Shown here: piece by piece, positions 1 to 9,813 of the stretch | How the letters are laid out: the number at the start of each line of letters is the position of its first letter | Position numbering within the stretch: position 1 is the first letter of the stretch | From: Desulfobacterales bacterium | GTDB taxonomy: Bacteria; Desulfobacterota; Desulfobacteria; Desulfobacterales; SpSt-501 | Direction of reading: 5' to 3' | Length of the DNA: 64,000 nt | Assembly (NCBI GenBank): GCA_025454255.1 | Contig: JALOOU010000045.1 | Location: forward strand, 11,279 to 75,278 | Made by a program: the position numbers and the translations under genes | Notes under the pieces: generated by a model | Database searches by the model: none | What the model was told of the DNA's origin: nothing | The model's input: the letters and a program-made list of their open reading frames with translations, nothing else

Positions 1-231
1 GCAGCCATCGGGCTTCTTCCGGGCTGCGGGCAAGAGAGGCTCCAGGGCGTGGGGAATGCGGCAGGTTATGGCGCCTGCATGATGCTCCTCAACTCGTCCA
101 TGCGCGGGACGGCGGAACGGATTTCTCGAAGGATCGATTACCTCGAATTGGCCGCCGAAAAGCGCTTCCAGGAGCTCTTCGTATCCGGGATGTTTTTTCC
201 ATCCGCCTCCGACTATGGCAACGAATTCTGA
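1..231 (+). CDS. C-terminus of ASKHA/RACo-type (DUF4445) reductive activator of corrinoid proteins, 5'-partial
   Basis: Frame 1 is open from base 1: AAIGLLP...VGNAAGYGACMMLLN...IDYLELAAEKRFQELFVSGMFFP, matching the typical RACo C-terminal GNAA/ELA..F..F pattern. Confidence 0.75.
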   Translation, partial: AAIGLLPGCGQERLQGVGNAAGYGACMMLLNSSMRGTAERISRRIDYLELAAEKRFQELFVSGMFFPSASDYGNEF

Positions 232-334
232 TTTAGCCGCCGAAATAGGCCGGTGCACAGCTCTCCGCCTGCCCCTTTATTAATCGCGCTGCGGTTGGTA
301 TTCTATCCGGGCGCGGCCTCATTGTCCTTACAGG

Positions 335-371
335 GTCATTCCGGCGGGTTCCGGATCAAGTCCGGCATGAC
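335..371. repeat. Short REP-like palindromic element
   Basis: GTCATTCCGG...GGTTCCGGATCAAGTCCGGCATGAC with near-complementary ends (GTCATTCCGG / CCGGCATGAC), intergenic. Confidence 0.55.
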
Positions 372-428
372 GGGACTATTTCCAGGCAGTTTATAGGGCG
401 ACTTACTCCCCCATCCAGGAAGGCACCT

Positions 429-2177
429 ATGCCACGATCGGACACCCTTACACAAGAACTGATCTCGGCTGCGGTTGACGCAGGCCCTTGCGGAATGGTC
501 ATCAGCGACGCCGATGGCTTCATCGTATTTGCGAACCGAAAAGCGGAAGAGCTGCTCTCGGCGAGGCACGGGGGGCTCATCGGACAGAGTGTCAACACCC
601 AGATCACCTTTTTCTCACCCACCAAGGAGCAGCCCCACGTTTATCATGCCCCCGCCCACGTGCTGGGAAAGGGGGTCGTGCTCTTCCGCAACCCGCTGGA
701 GGTCAAGGAGCAACCGAGAGGCGAGTTGTGGCTGCTGTTCGAGGAGAGCTTCATCCTCCCGCTCAAGGCCTCCTGCACCCCGGAGGTCGATCAAACCATC
801 GAGTCGCTCATCGAGGGCTTCTACGACGGGATCGTGCTGGTGGAAAAAGATCGTATCATTCGCGTCAACAGCAGCTTTGCCCGCATCACCGGCATCAAGG
901 AGGACGCGATGCTGGGGATCAAGGTTGGGGAGTTGGATGGCGCAAACCACATCTGTCTTCACACCATCCAGGAAGTCGTGCGGCTCGCCCAGCAGATGCG
1001 CAAAAGTGTAACGAGCATGGGCAAGCTGAGGCATGGAAACGAAATCTACGTTACGGCAACCCCGGTGCAGCCGCGAGCCGATATCGGGTATATCATGGTC
1101 AATGTCCGAGACGTCACGGAGCTTCAGCTTCTCAAGGAGGAGGTGTCGCGGCTGCTAGCGCTTTACCTCTCCACTCCGCAGGAGGTGCGCATCAGCCAAA
1201 TCACCGGGCAGGAGATCGTGACTGAAAACCGCGTCATGCGCGGGATCCTGGATCTGGTCGCCAGGCTGGCCCAGGTCGACTCCACGGTGTTATTCGAAGG
1301 GGAGAGCGGTACCGGCAAAGAAGTTCTGGCCCGGCTCACGCATCGATTGAGTTCGCGAAGAAAAGGTCCCTTCATTTCCGTCAACTGCGGCGCCATCCCG
1401 GAGACCCTTTTCGAATCCGAGCTCTTCGGCTATGCCAAAGGGGCGTTTACCGGTGCGGTAAACGACGGAAAGCCGGGGTTTTTCGAGTTGGCGGACGACG
1501 GCGTGCTGTTTCTGGACGAAGTGAGCGAGATCCCTCTCAACTGCCAGGTCAAGCTGCTGAAGGTAATCGAAAACCTCGAGGTCATGCGGGTCGGCGGGGT
1601 GAAGACCACGCAGTTCAACGTGCGCGTCATCGCCGCCACAAACAAGAGCCTGCCCAAGATGGTCAAAGAAGGCACGTTCCGCGAAGACCTCTATTATCGG
1701 CTGTACGTCGTGCCCATCAAAATACCCCCGCTGCGCGAGCGAAGGGAAGATATCTTCTCCCTGGCGTGGCACTTTCTGAGGGTATGCAACCAGAAATTCA
1801 AGCAGTCCAAGCGGTTTTCCAAGGAAATCATCCAGGCGATGGAGACGTATGACTGGCCTGGGAATGTGCGTGAGCTCCAGAACGTCATCGAACGGTTGAC
1901 GCTAACCACGGATGATGAACTCCTCAGACCCGAGCATCTGCCCTTGAGCATATTCCAGGAGCCGCCGGGCGAAAATGCCATGTTGAAAATCAACGGCTTC
2001 CTGCCTTTGGAGAGAGCCCGCGAGGCGGTGGAAAGGCAACTTATCGTCCAAGCGCTCTCGCTTCGAGGGACTACCCGCGAAGCTGCCCGTTTGCTTGGGG
2101 TGAACCATTCGACCGTAGTGCGGAAAGTCAAACGTTACGGGATAAAGGTCCGGGAAGGATTTCCGGGGAAGTCCTGA
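429..2177 (+). CDS. Sigma54-interacting transcriptional activator (PAS-PAS-AAA+-HTH)
   Basis: GESGTGKE Walker A, GAFTGA loop, LFLDEV Walker B, FREDLYYRL, WPGNVREL, C-terminal HTH. Confidence 0.93.
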   Translation: MPRSDTLTQELISAAVDAGPCGMVISDADGFIVFANRKAEELLSARHGGLIGQSVNTQITFFSPTKEQPHVYHAPAHVLGKGVVLFRNPLEVKEQPRGELWLLFEESFILPLKASCTPEVDQTIESLIEGFYDGIVLVEKDRIIRVNSSFARITGIKEDAMLGIKVGELDGANHICLHTIQEVVRLAQQMRKSVTSMGKLRHGNEIYVTATPVQPRADIGYIMVNVRDVTELQLLKEEVSRLLALYLSTPQEVRISQITGQEIVTENRVMRGILDLVARLAQVDSTVLFEGESGTGKEVLARLTHRLSSRRKGPFISVNCGAIPETLFESELFGYAKGAFTGAVNDGKPGFFELADDGVLFLDEVSEIPLNCQVKLLKVIENLEVMRVGGVKTTQFNVRVIAATNKSLPKMVKEGTFREDLYYRLYVVPIKIPPLRERREDIFSLAWHFLRVCNQKFKQSKRFSKEIIQAMETYDWPGNVRELQNVIERLTLTTDDELLRPEHLPLSIFQEPPGENAMLKINGFLPLERAREAVERQLIVQALSLRGTTREAARLLGVNHSTVVRKVKRYGIKVREGFPGKS

Positions 2178-2284
2178 CAGACGAGGCCTCCCTACCGGAT
2201 TGGGCGCCTGCAGGGGAGATATCCGTATCGCTGAAATACCCGGAAGATGGCCGGGAAAAGTCTTAGCTGCCACAAGAGACATGT

Positions 2285-3100
2285 ATGAGCGATATTCTTT
2301 ATGCCAGTGCTGTCATTGCCTGCGCCTCGTTTTCGCAATCGGTGTCCGGGGTGGGCTTCGCCATGGTGGCCACGCCGTTTCTATTGACGATCATGAACGT
2401 TAAAGACGCCGTGTTGATCGGGTTCAGTATGGCATGGCTGAGTCAGATAGTTATCGTCTATCGGCACCGGAGTGCGATCCACCCCCAGATGTGCTTCAAT
2501 TTCGTTTTCGGCAGTGCCGTGGGCGCCCCGTTTGGTCTATGGATCTTCTCCGCATCCAGCTTCGACTCGCTGAAATTGATCGTTTGCGTTGCGCTGTTTT
2601 CCATCGCCCTTTATTCGCTCTGCACGATATGCCGGAACTGGCGCACCATCGACCGCACCGTTTCCTATCGGTTACTCCAACAAGAGGCCTCTACGCTCTG
2701 GGATATAAAGGAGTTCCTGCGGTGGGGCCGTTCCGGGCGCGTCCAGCTGATCGTCGGAAGCATCGCCGGTTTTTTCGGAGCGAGCATCGGGATGCCCGGA
2801 ATTCCGTTAACGGTATATTTCAACACGCTCAATGTCGAAAAAGACGTCGCCCGAAGCACCTCCCTTGCTTTCTTCATCGTTCTCCTGGGAGCCACACTCG
2901 CCATGAACTGGTGGGTGGGAACAATCAGCCCGCGCGTGCTGGCGATGGCGCCATGGCTCATTCCTGCGGTCCTCATCGGGATGGTAGTCGGAAACTTGGT
3001 TTTCCCGCATATCCCGCAACGCTGGTTCCAATTGACCTTGAACATGATTCTGCTCTATTCGGGATGCAAAATATTCGTCGACTATCTTGGAATGCCGTAA
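2285..3100 (+). CDS. TauE/SafE family sulfite exporter-like membrane protein
   Basis: Multi-TM protein with G.GFAMV and G..AGFFG.SIG.PG.P motifs. Confidence 0.8.
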   Translation: MSDILYASAVIACASFSQSVSGVGFAMVATPFLLTIMNVKDAVLIGFSMAWLSQIVIVYRHRSAIHPQMCFNFVFGSAVGAPFGLWIFSASSFDSLKLIVCVALFSIALYSLCTICRNWRTIDRTVSYRLLQQEASTLWDIKEFLRWGRSGRVQLIVGSIAGFFGASIGMPGIPLTVYFNTLNVEKDVARSTSLAFFIVLLGATLAMNWWVGTISPRVLAMAPWLIPAVLIGMVVGNLVFPHIPQRWFQLTLNMILLYSGCKIFVDYLGMP

Positions 3101-3240
3101 GCAAACTGAACTTTATTTCGACCGATTCAGGGATCCATGTCGATGCGGATCTTTTCTTACGTCCTCACGGCAGCCACCTTTGCCTATCGGGCTGAAGGGA
3201 AGGATGGGATTCCCTTTGCTTTCACCCGGTTGTCCAAGCC

Positions 3241-3480
3241 TCAGGGGTTGGGCTGCATCTCTACCCAGTCCCCGCGCTGCTTGACATTGGAGTTCTAATT
3301 CGGGCTTTCCGTGAGAATATAGTCCTCGCAGCGGTTGGCCCAGACCTGCCGGTACGTGGAAGGCAGTTCGAAGGACTCTGCTCGGACCGGGTATCTATAG
3401 GTCTCGGTTCCACGAATGTACTCGCTCCATGCGCGGTTGAGGCGGTCCTGGCGGCGGTTGGTGTCCTGCCACTGCTGCTG
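3241..3480 (-). pseudogene. Degraded C-terminal fragment of a hypothetical protein
   Basis: Minus strand reads QQQWQDTNRRQDRLNRAWSEYIRGTETYRYP...ELPSTYRQVWAN...YILTESPN*NSNVKQRGDWVEMQPNP*, protein-like with an internal stop and no intact 5' end. Confidence 0.45.
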
Positions 3481-3664
3481 CGCTGGTCGCTAATTTAGGC
3501 ACTGGTGCGCGACAGCGCCCGACCGGCGACCTTCCTCTTCAGGGTACTACGGGTCCAACGGGTCGAAGTTGATTAAGGGGTGATGGCCAACGTGGTGATT
3601 GGGGTTGGTTGCAATGCGTTCGGGCCGGTGCCGGAGTACACGATTATTGTCCCCTTCTGGGATT

Positions 3665-4200
3665 GGGAGAAAACCCTCGCCTTCAGGCGATCCAGTATGG
3701 TTGCTGTATGGAACACTATCGTAGATCGTGCCATACCGTTTACGAGTTGAAATATCATTTGGTATGGATCATCAAATGCCGCAAGCCGGTTTTGACATGA
3801 GAGGTCGCCAGCTGGATGCTGGAGTTGGTGAGATGAGAGATGTTTGCAAGGCGCGAGATGTAGTGATTCTCAAGGGACACATTTCGCGGGAGCATGTGCA
3901 TATCTTTGTGTCGGTTCTCCCGCAGCTTTCGATCAGTGAGCTGATGATGTCGATCAAGGGGTTAACGTCACGGAAGATTCTGATGGAGTTCAAGACCCTG
4001 AACCGTCAGGTTTGGGGGCGACACTTTTGGACCCGAGGCTACTTTGTGGCCAGCTCGGGGAACATCACAGATAAACGAAATATATCTAACAGCAAAACCA
4101 AGAACCTCCGGACGCTGACTTTAAGATCGGTGGTGATCCGTAAACTTCAGTCGGCTTTCAGTCGACACCAAAGCCACCGGCTTTAGCCGCTGTTGTTGTT
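3665..4200 (+). mobile_element. tnpA: IS200/IS605-family element remnant with frameshifted Y1 transposase tnpA (ATG 3708)
   Basis: MEHYRRSCHTVYELKYHLVWIIKCRKPVL then frameshift into ...EHVHIFVSV.P.LS.S..M..IKG.TSR...WGRHFWTRGYFV.S.G; catalytic-Tyr region (KYI*) out of frame; degenerate IS200-like end AAAGCCACCGGCTTTAGCCG at ~4170-4190. Confidence 0.85.
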
Positions 4201-4471
4201 TGCTTTTTCATTAAAAAAAATCCCCAAGATGAAGCCACTGCATGATCCGCCGATTAACCGCCCCAATTATCCCAGCAACTTCCTCCGAGATGTCTCCTGA
4301 AGGCCGCAGCTGCATCTGATACAAATCAGCACATAGCGTGCCTGGTTCGAAACGTATGAAGGATGTCATGGAGGTTGGGATTAACTGAGCAAAGGTGCAG
4401 AAGCCGTAAGGGTTGCCTTAATCGCCGATATCATTAAGGGCCGGCCATATCATGACATCAATATTTGTGAT

Positions 4472-5266
4472 CTAACGTCGCCACTGGTAAGGCAACTCGC
4501 GGATGGTGCCTGGCATGTCCATCGTCTTTAGGGCCTCTAAACAATCTAAGACGATGCACCGTTGGCGTTCCACATTTCCAGGCTCGCCAAACATGCTGCC
4601 CCGCCCGAACTTGACCCGAAGCGCGCGTGGCGGCTTGATCTTAGCCATGCGCTCTGGTTCGTTCCCCATAGAGATGGTGTAAAAACCGGATTGCTCCGCA
4701 GCGCGCTGGATCAGACCGACGGTCTGATGGCATTTGGGTCAGACAGGGACCAAAAGGAGGATGTTGACCTCGGCCGCCTTCAGTTGCTGTAATAGTTGTG
4801 GGACAGATTCAGTAAGCAACGTCACAATGTCGTTCACGTAGCTGAAGCTGTAGTGCGTTTTCGCAATCTTGCCGATGATTTTCTCCCTTTCCAGCTCTAT
4901 CAACCGCTGGAGAGGAAAAATTACGTTGATGTCCTGCTCTACAAGGCTATGGTCGTAGTGGGCGTGGGCAATGCCGAAGTCTTCCTGTCGAGCGGTTTTG
5001 GGAATTTCCCGGAACGAGGGGTCGCCGTGAATGGAGGTGGTGTCGAAGGGTGGCTGACTTCTTTTGAGATACAGGCCGCCGCTGGTGATCAGGGCAATGG
5101 CCTGCTCCGACGGTTTTCCCCGGTAGACAGTCCAGGGCACTTCTTCACTAACGATCAGCGGATAGCGCTTGACGACTTCCAGCACGTTGCCGGCCTGGAA
5201 TTCGGCCAAGCCCTCCTCAACCCATTTATCGTATGCGATTTTGAACGACTCGAGATTGATAAGCAT
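4472..5266 (-). CDS. Selenoprotein B-like protein (D-proline/glycine/betaine reductase PrdB/GrdB family), 264 aa, Sec at UGA 4739-4741
   Basis: ORFs 4739-5266 and 4472-4669 share a frame; read-through gives LLLVPV-U-PKCHQTVGLIQRAAE (UxxC); GDPSFREIP and HAHYDH motifs; hairpin just after the UGA. Confidence 0.88.
4710..4728 (-). promoter_or_regulatory. Putative bacterial SECIS hairpin
   Basis: ATCAGACC-GTC-GGTCTGAT perfect stem starting 10 nt downstream of the UGA. Confidence 0.7.
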
Positions 5267-5426
5267 GAAATACCTGAAACGGTTGCCATGACGATTTCAG
5301 GCCACAAGACCTGCGCAGCAGTATTTGATTGCTACATCATCGTCAGCGAGGAGGATTAAGCCACTGACAAAGAATTTGGAGCGCCGATAAAATTATAACT
5401 ATCTTAAATCATTATAAATTTTAAAG

Positions 5427-5511
5427 TGCCCGGGGCCGGAATCGAACCGGCACGGAGCTTAGCTCCAAGGGATTTTAAGTCCCTTGCGTCTACCAATTCC
5501 GCCACCCAGGC
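5427..5511 (-). tRNA. tRNA-Leu (anticodon TAA), CCA not encoded
   Basis: GCCTGGGTGGCGGAATTGGTAGACGCAAGGGACTTAAAATCCCTTGGAGCTAAGCTCCGTGCCGGTTCGATTCCGGCCCCGGGCA; D-loop GG, long variable arm, TTCGA T-loop. Confidence 0.97.
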
Positions 5512-5637
5512 AGGCGGCGATCCGAACGGATCAGTTGCCAGCATACACAAAAGCGAGCAGAGGCGAATTGACCCAGATCAAGGCTTCCGGCTTGATAATC
5601 CGGCAAGCTGCGCCTAATCTGAACGAGGAGCGAGCCC

Positions 5638-6870
5638 ATGCCCATCAACCTGCAGGACCTCAGGGAGTCCAACGAGTTTCTCAACACCATCCTCGACAAC
5701 ATGGGGGCGGCGGTCCTGATCGCCGACGAAAATTACCAGATCCACCAATTCAACGACTCCTTCCTCGCCCTCTTCGACAGCGCCACCATCTCCGCGATGA
5801 AGAGCTTCGGCGAGGTCAGCGGCTGCGTCAACGCCGTCAGGGAGAACAAGGCCTGCGGCGAGACCTCCGCCTGCGCAGCCTGCGTCCTGCGGCACTCGCT
5901 CATCCAAACCCTGGTCGCCGATGCGCCGGTGAACCGCAAGCCCCTCGAACGGGTTTTCTACATCCGCGGCCAGGCGGTCCACAAGTACCTGCGCTTCACC
6001 ACCCGGCGCATCGTCTACCGCGGCCGCACCATGATCCTCGTCATCATCTACGACGTGTCGGACATCGAGCGCCAGAAAGTCGAGCTGCAGCGCAAGCAGG
6101 CGCTGATCGACGAGGATCTCAAGGCCGCCGCGGCGATTCAGCGCAGCCTGCTGCCCGAGGGGGACCTCTCGCTGCCGAACCTCCGCCTAGCCTGGAAATT
6201 CGACCCCTGCGAGCGCATCGGCGGCGACATTTTCAACATCCAGCGCGTGGACGACGACCAGGTGGGCCTCTACATGATCGATGTCTGCGGCCACGGGGTG
6301 CCCGCGGCGCTGATATCGGTGGCGGCCTCGCAGTATCTCGCGGGGCCGCGCGGCCTGCTGGGAAGCGGCTGCCAGCTGGCCTCCCCGGCGACTGTGCTCA
6401 ACCACGTCAACGCGGCCTTTCCGTTCGAGCGCTTCGACAGCTATTTCAGCATCGTCTGCATGAGCATCGACACCCGCCGCGGCATCCTCACCTACAGCGG
6501 CGCGGGGCATCCGCCCCCCGTGCTCGTGCGCGGCCCCGGAACGCTCGAGATGCTGGACCGCCGCGGCCCGGTCATCGGTTCCAGCCCGGGCGACCCCTAC
6601 GGCCAGAGCGAGGTGCGCCTGGAGCCGGGGGACAAGATCATCCTCTACACCGACGGCCTCACGGAAAACCGCGGCCGCGCGGGCCGGGCCTTCGGCCGGG
6701 AGCGGTTTCACCAAATCCTGCGGGAAAGCGGTGGCCGGCCGGCCGCTGAACTGATCCGCGGCCTGCACGAGCAGGTCCGGGCGTTTCTCGAGGGCGTCAA
6801 ACCGGACGACGACATCAGCGTGCTGGGCGTCGAGTACACCGGGGCGGCGGGCCATCACTACACCATATGA
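5638..6870 (+). CDS. PAS-domain PP2C/SpoIIE (RsbU-like) serine phosphatase
   Basis: IQRSLLP, GGDIF, DVCGHGVPAAL, AGHPPP, LYTDGLTE, DDIS motifs. Confidence 0.92.
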   Translation: MPINLQDLRESNEFLNTILDNMGAAVLIADENYQIHQFNDSFLALFDSATISAMKSFGEVSGCVNAVRENKACGETSACAACVLRHSLIQTLVADAPVNRKPLERVFYIRGQAVHKYLRFTTRRIVYRGRTMILVIIYDVSDIERQKVELQRKQALIDEDLKAAAAIQRSLLPEGDLSLPNLRLAWKFDPCERIGGDIFNIQRVDDDQVGLYMIDVCGHGVPAALISVAASQYLAGPRGLLGSGCQLASPATVLNHVNAAFPFERFDSYFSIVCMSIDTRRGILTYSGAGHPPPVLVRGPGTLEMLDRRGPVIGSSPGDPYGQSEVRLEPGDKIILYTDGLTENRGRAGRAFGRERFHQILRESGGRPAAELIRGLHEQVRAFLEGVKPDDDISVLGVEYTGAAGHHYTI

Positions 6871-6919
6871 ACTCGGCCCCCGGCCCGGCGGCCGGGCCTT
6901 TCGGGCGTGCCGGAGGGGG

Positions 6920-8122
6920 TCAGGAGAAAACCGCCGGGGCGAACTCGAAGCGGTGCTGGTGGATGAGGGCCACGCAGGCGTCGACGGCCTCGGGGTCGTA
7001 GAGCACGCCCCGTTTTTCCGAGATCTCATCCAGCGCCTTGTCCAGCCCCATGGAGGGCCGATAGGGGCGGTGGGAGGACATGGTCTCGACCACGTCGGCC
7101 ACCCCCACGATGCGCGCCTCCTGCAGGATGCCCTTCCCGCTCAGCCCCTGCGGGTAGCCGCTGCCGTTGAGCCGTTCGTGGTGCTGGAGCACGATGCGGG
7201 CCACCGGCCAGGGGAACTCGACGCTCTGCAGGATGTCGAAGCCGGCCTGGGAGTGGCCCCTGACCATGCTCATCTCCAGGGCATTCAGCTGCGCGGGCTT
7301 GGCGAGAATCTCCGCCGGCAGGGAGATCTTGCCGATGTCGTGGATCGCCGAGGCGATGGCGAGCCCCTCGAGCCGCTCGGGCGAGAGGCCCATCTCCCGG
7401 CCGATGGCGCGGGCGAGCTCCGCCACCCGGCGCTGGTGGCCGGAGGTGTAGGGGTCGCGCTTCTCCACCGTCTTGGCGATGGCGAGCACGGTGCCCCCGA
7501 TGACCTTCTTCAGCTGCTCGAGGCTCTGCAGCAGCTCCTGCTGGGCGTGCTCGCGGCGTTCGACCTCGCAGCGCAGCAGCTCGTTGCTTTTGAGGAGCTC
7601 TTCGGTCCGCTGGCGGACGAGCCACTCGAGGTTGCAGTTGAGCGTCTGCACCTGCCGCTCCGCGCGCCACTTGGCGCTCAACGCGGACCCGAACTGCACG
7701 ATCTCCTGGGGGTGGAAGGGTTTCTGCAGAAACAGCAGCCGGTCGGAGAAGCCCAAAGAGCGCGGCAGGCGGCCGAGTTCGCTGCCGATGTAGCCGGTCA
7801 CCAGGACGATGTTCGCGGCCGGGTCCAGGTGCAGGATCTGCTCGGCGGCCCAGATCCCGGAGGGCCCCGGGGGCATGTTCACGTCGAGAAACACCGCGGC
7901 AAATGAGTCGCCCCGCGCCGCCGCCCGGCGGACCTCCTCCACGGCCTCCACTGCCTGGCAGCGGCACACCGTCCGGAAGGAGGCGGCCTCCGGCCATTCA
8001 GGATCGCCCCCCTTGCCCGAGGCCCCGGGCCGGGCCGGGGCGGATTCGAGGATCTCCCTGTAGATTTCTAAGATGGACGGGTCGTCGTCGACCGCAAGGA
8101 TGCTGAACACGTTGTCACCCAA
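6920..8122 (-). CDS. Response regulator with HD-GYP cyclic di-GMP phosphodiesterase domain
   Basis: REC domain (ILAVDDD, FLDVNMP, KPF); HDIGK, HHERLNGSGYP, HRPYRP; likely TTG start at 8122 after AAGGA. Confidence 0.9.
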   Translation of the reverse strand: MGDNVFSILAVDDDPSILEIYREILESAPARPGASGKGGDPEWPEAASFRTVCRCQAVEAVEEVRRAAARGDSFAAVFLDVNMPPGPSGIWAAEQILHLDPAANIVLVTGYIGSELGRLPRSLGFSDRLLFLQKPFHPQEIVQFGSALSAKWRAERQVQTLNCNLEWLVRQRTEELLKSNELLRCEVERREHAQQELLQSLEQLKKVIGGTVLAIAKTVEKRDPYTSGHQRRVAELARAIGREMGLSPERLEGLAIASAIHDIGKISLPAEILAKPAQLNALEMSMVRGHSQAGFDILQSVEFPWPVARIVLQHHERLNGSGYPQGLSGKGILQEARIVGVADVVETMSSHRPYRPSMGLDKALDEISEKRGVLYDPEAVDACVALIHQHRFEFAPAVFS

Positions 8123-8488
8123 GGTGCGCGTTTGATCCTTTTCAAGCCAGCGGAACTTCAGCCCGACCTGATGCAAAATCGGCACCAACCGGCTGCGCGC
8201 AGCGCAGCCGGTTGGTGCCTTGGCTTGGGCGTTTCGGCGCGCGCGGGCCGGCGGCCCACTTTTTTTCCGTAAACTACCCGGAATCACATTTAATAATTTA
8301 TATCGCAGTTTGCGCCGCGCTGCGCCGCCGAAAGGGCGCTGGCGGCCGGGCAGCAAGTTCCGGGAGGCGCCGGGAGAGTCGGCGGCCGCAGACCGTCAAG
8401 CCCGGCCGCGCCCCTGGGCCCCGGGCATGCGGTGAACCTTGACGATCGAGCCTTGTCAAGGAGGGGCAGTTCTGTTAGATGGGGCCCC

Positions 8489-9121
8489 ATGAAAGTGCCT
8501 GAAGTGAATCCGAAAATCATTTTGGCGTCGCAGTCCCCGCGGCGCCGCTACCTGCTCGAGCGCGCCGGGCTGAAATTCAGCGTCATCCCCAGCACGGTCG
8601 ACGAGGCCGCGCTACCGGCGGATGACCCGGCCCTGCTGGTGCGGGCCCTGGCCGAGGCCAAGGCCGCCGATGTGGCCGGCCGTTTCCCGCAGAGCTGGGT
8701 GATCGCGGCCGACACGATCGTCCTGGTGGAGGGCCGGGTCCTGGGGAAACCCGGCTCCGAGAACGAAGCGCGCGCGATGCTCGCCCGCCTGAGCGGCCGC
8801 ACCCACCAGGTGCTGACCGGCTACTGCCTCTGCTGCCGCGGCCTGGATCGGCGGGTGAGCGAGGTGGTTTCAACGGATGTGCTCTTCAAGCTGCTGACCC
8901 CGATCGAGATCGACTGGTACATCCGCACCGGCGAGCCCTTCGACAAGGCCGGCGCCTATGCCATCCAGGGCATCGGCACCTTCCTGGTCAAGCGCATCAA
9001 CGGCTCCTACACCAACGTGGTCGGGCTGCCGGTGTGCGAGGTGATCGAGCACCTGATCCGGGAGGGGGTCGTCGGCTGGGACCCGGCCGCGGCCAACGCC
9101 CTCGAGGCCAAGACCCCATGA
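8489..9121 (+). CDS. maf: Maf family nucleoside triphosphate pyrophosphatase
   Basis: ILASQSPRR, AADTIV, LGKP, DKAGAYAIQG, NVVGLP. Confidence 0.93.
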   Translation: MKVPEVNPKIILASQSPRRRYLLERAGLKFSVIPSTVDEAALPADDPALLVRALAEAKAADVAGRFPQSWVIAADTIVLVEGRVLGKPGSENEARAMLARLSGRTHQVLTGYCLCCRGLDRRVSEVVSTDVLFKLLTPIEIDWYIRTGEPFDKAGAYAIQGIGTFLVKRINGSYTNVVGLPVCEVIEHLIREGVVGWDPAAANALEAKTP

Positions 9122-9813
9122 GCGAGCCCATCGCCCTCCGCCTGGAAGCCGTGGCCGGCCGCATCCGCGCCGCCGCCGCCGCCTGCGGCCGGCACGCCGA
9201 CAGCGTGCGCCTGGTGGCCGTTGCCAAGACCTTCCCGCCCGAGGCGGTCCGCATGGCGGCGGCGGCCGGGGCGCAGGACATCGGCGAGAACTACATCCAG
9301 GAGGCGCGCGACAAATACGCCGCGCTCCAGCCGCTGCCGCTGCGCTGGCACTTCATCGGCCGGCTGCAGACCAACAAGGCACGGACCGCCGTGCGCATCT
9401 TCGAGCTGATCCACACCGTGGACTCCGTGAAGCTCGGCCGCGAGCTCGACCGCTGCGCCGGCCGCATCGCCAAGCTCCAGAAGGTGCTGGTCCAGGTCAA
9501 CGTGGCCGGCGAGGCCGCCAAGTCCGGGGTCGCCCCGGAGCAGGCCCCGGCCCTGGTGCGCGAGCTCTCGCGCTTCGAGCACATCGCGGTCAAGGGGCTG
9601 ATGACCCTGCCGCCCTTCTTCGACGACCCGCAGCGGGTGCGCCCGATCTTCGCCGCCCTGCGGCAGCTGAGCGAGCGGATCCGCGAGGCGGCGCCGGCCG
9701 GGGTCGAGATGCAGGAGCTCTCCATGGGCATGACCGGGGATTTCGAGGCCGCGATCGCCGAGGGGGCGACCCTCGTGCGGATCGGAACGGCCATCTTCGG
9801 GGAGCGCGCATGA
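9118..9813 (+). CDS. yggS: YggS/PROSC pyridoxal phosphate homeostasis protein
   Basis: LVAVAK, GENYIQE, WHFIGRLQTNK, LSMGMTGDFE.AI..GAT.VRIGTAIFG; ATGA overlap with maf. Confidence 0.95.
   Translation: MSEPIALRLEAVAGRIRAAAAACGRHADSVRLVAVAKTFPPEAVRMAAAAGAQDIGENYIQEARDKYAALQPLPLRWHFIGRLQTNKARTAVRIFELIHTVDSVKLGRELDRCAGRIAKLQKVLVQVNVAGEAAKSGVAPEQAPALVRELSRFEHIAVKGLMTLPPFFDDPQRVRPIFAALRQLSERIREAAPAGVEMQELSMGMTGDFEAAIAEGATLVRIGTAIFGERA

Noticed and set aside
6882-6901. GC hairpin between convergent genes as a terminator
   Set aside because: Plausible, but only a 3-4 nt T run and such stems arise easily at this GC content
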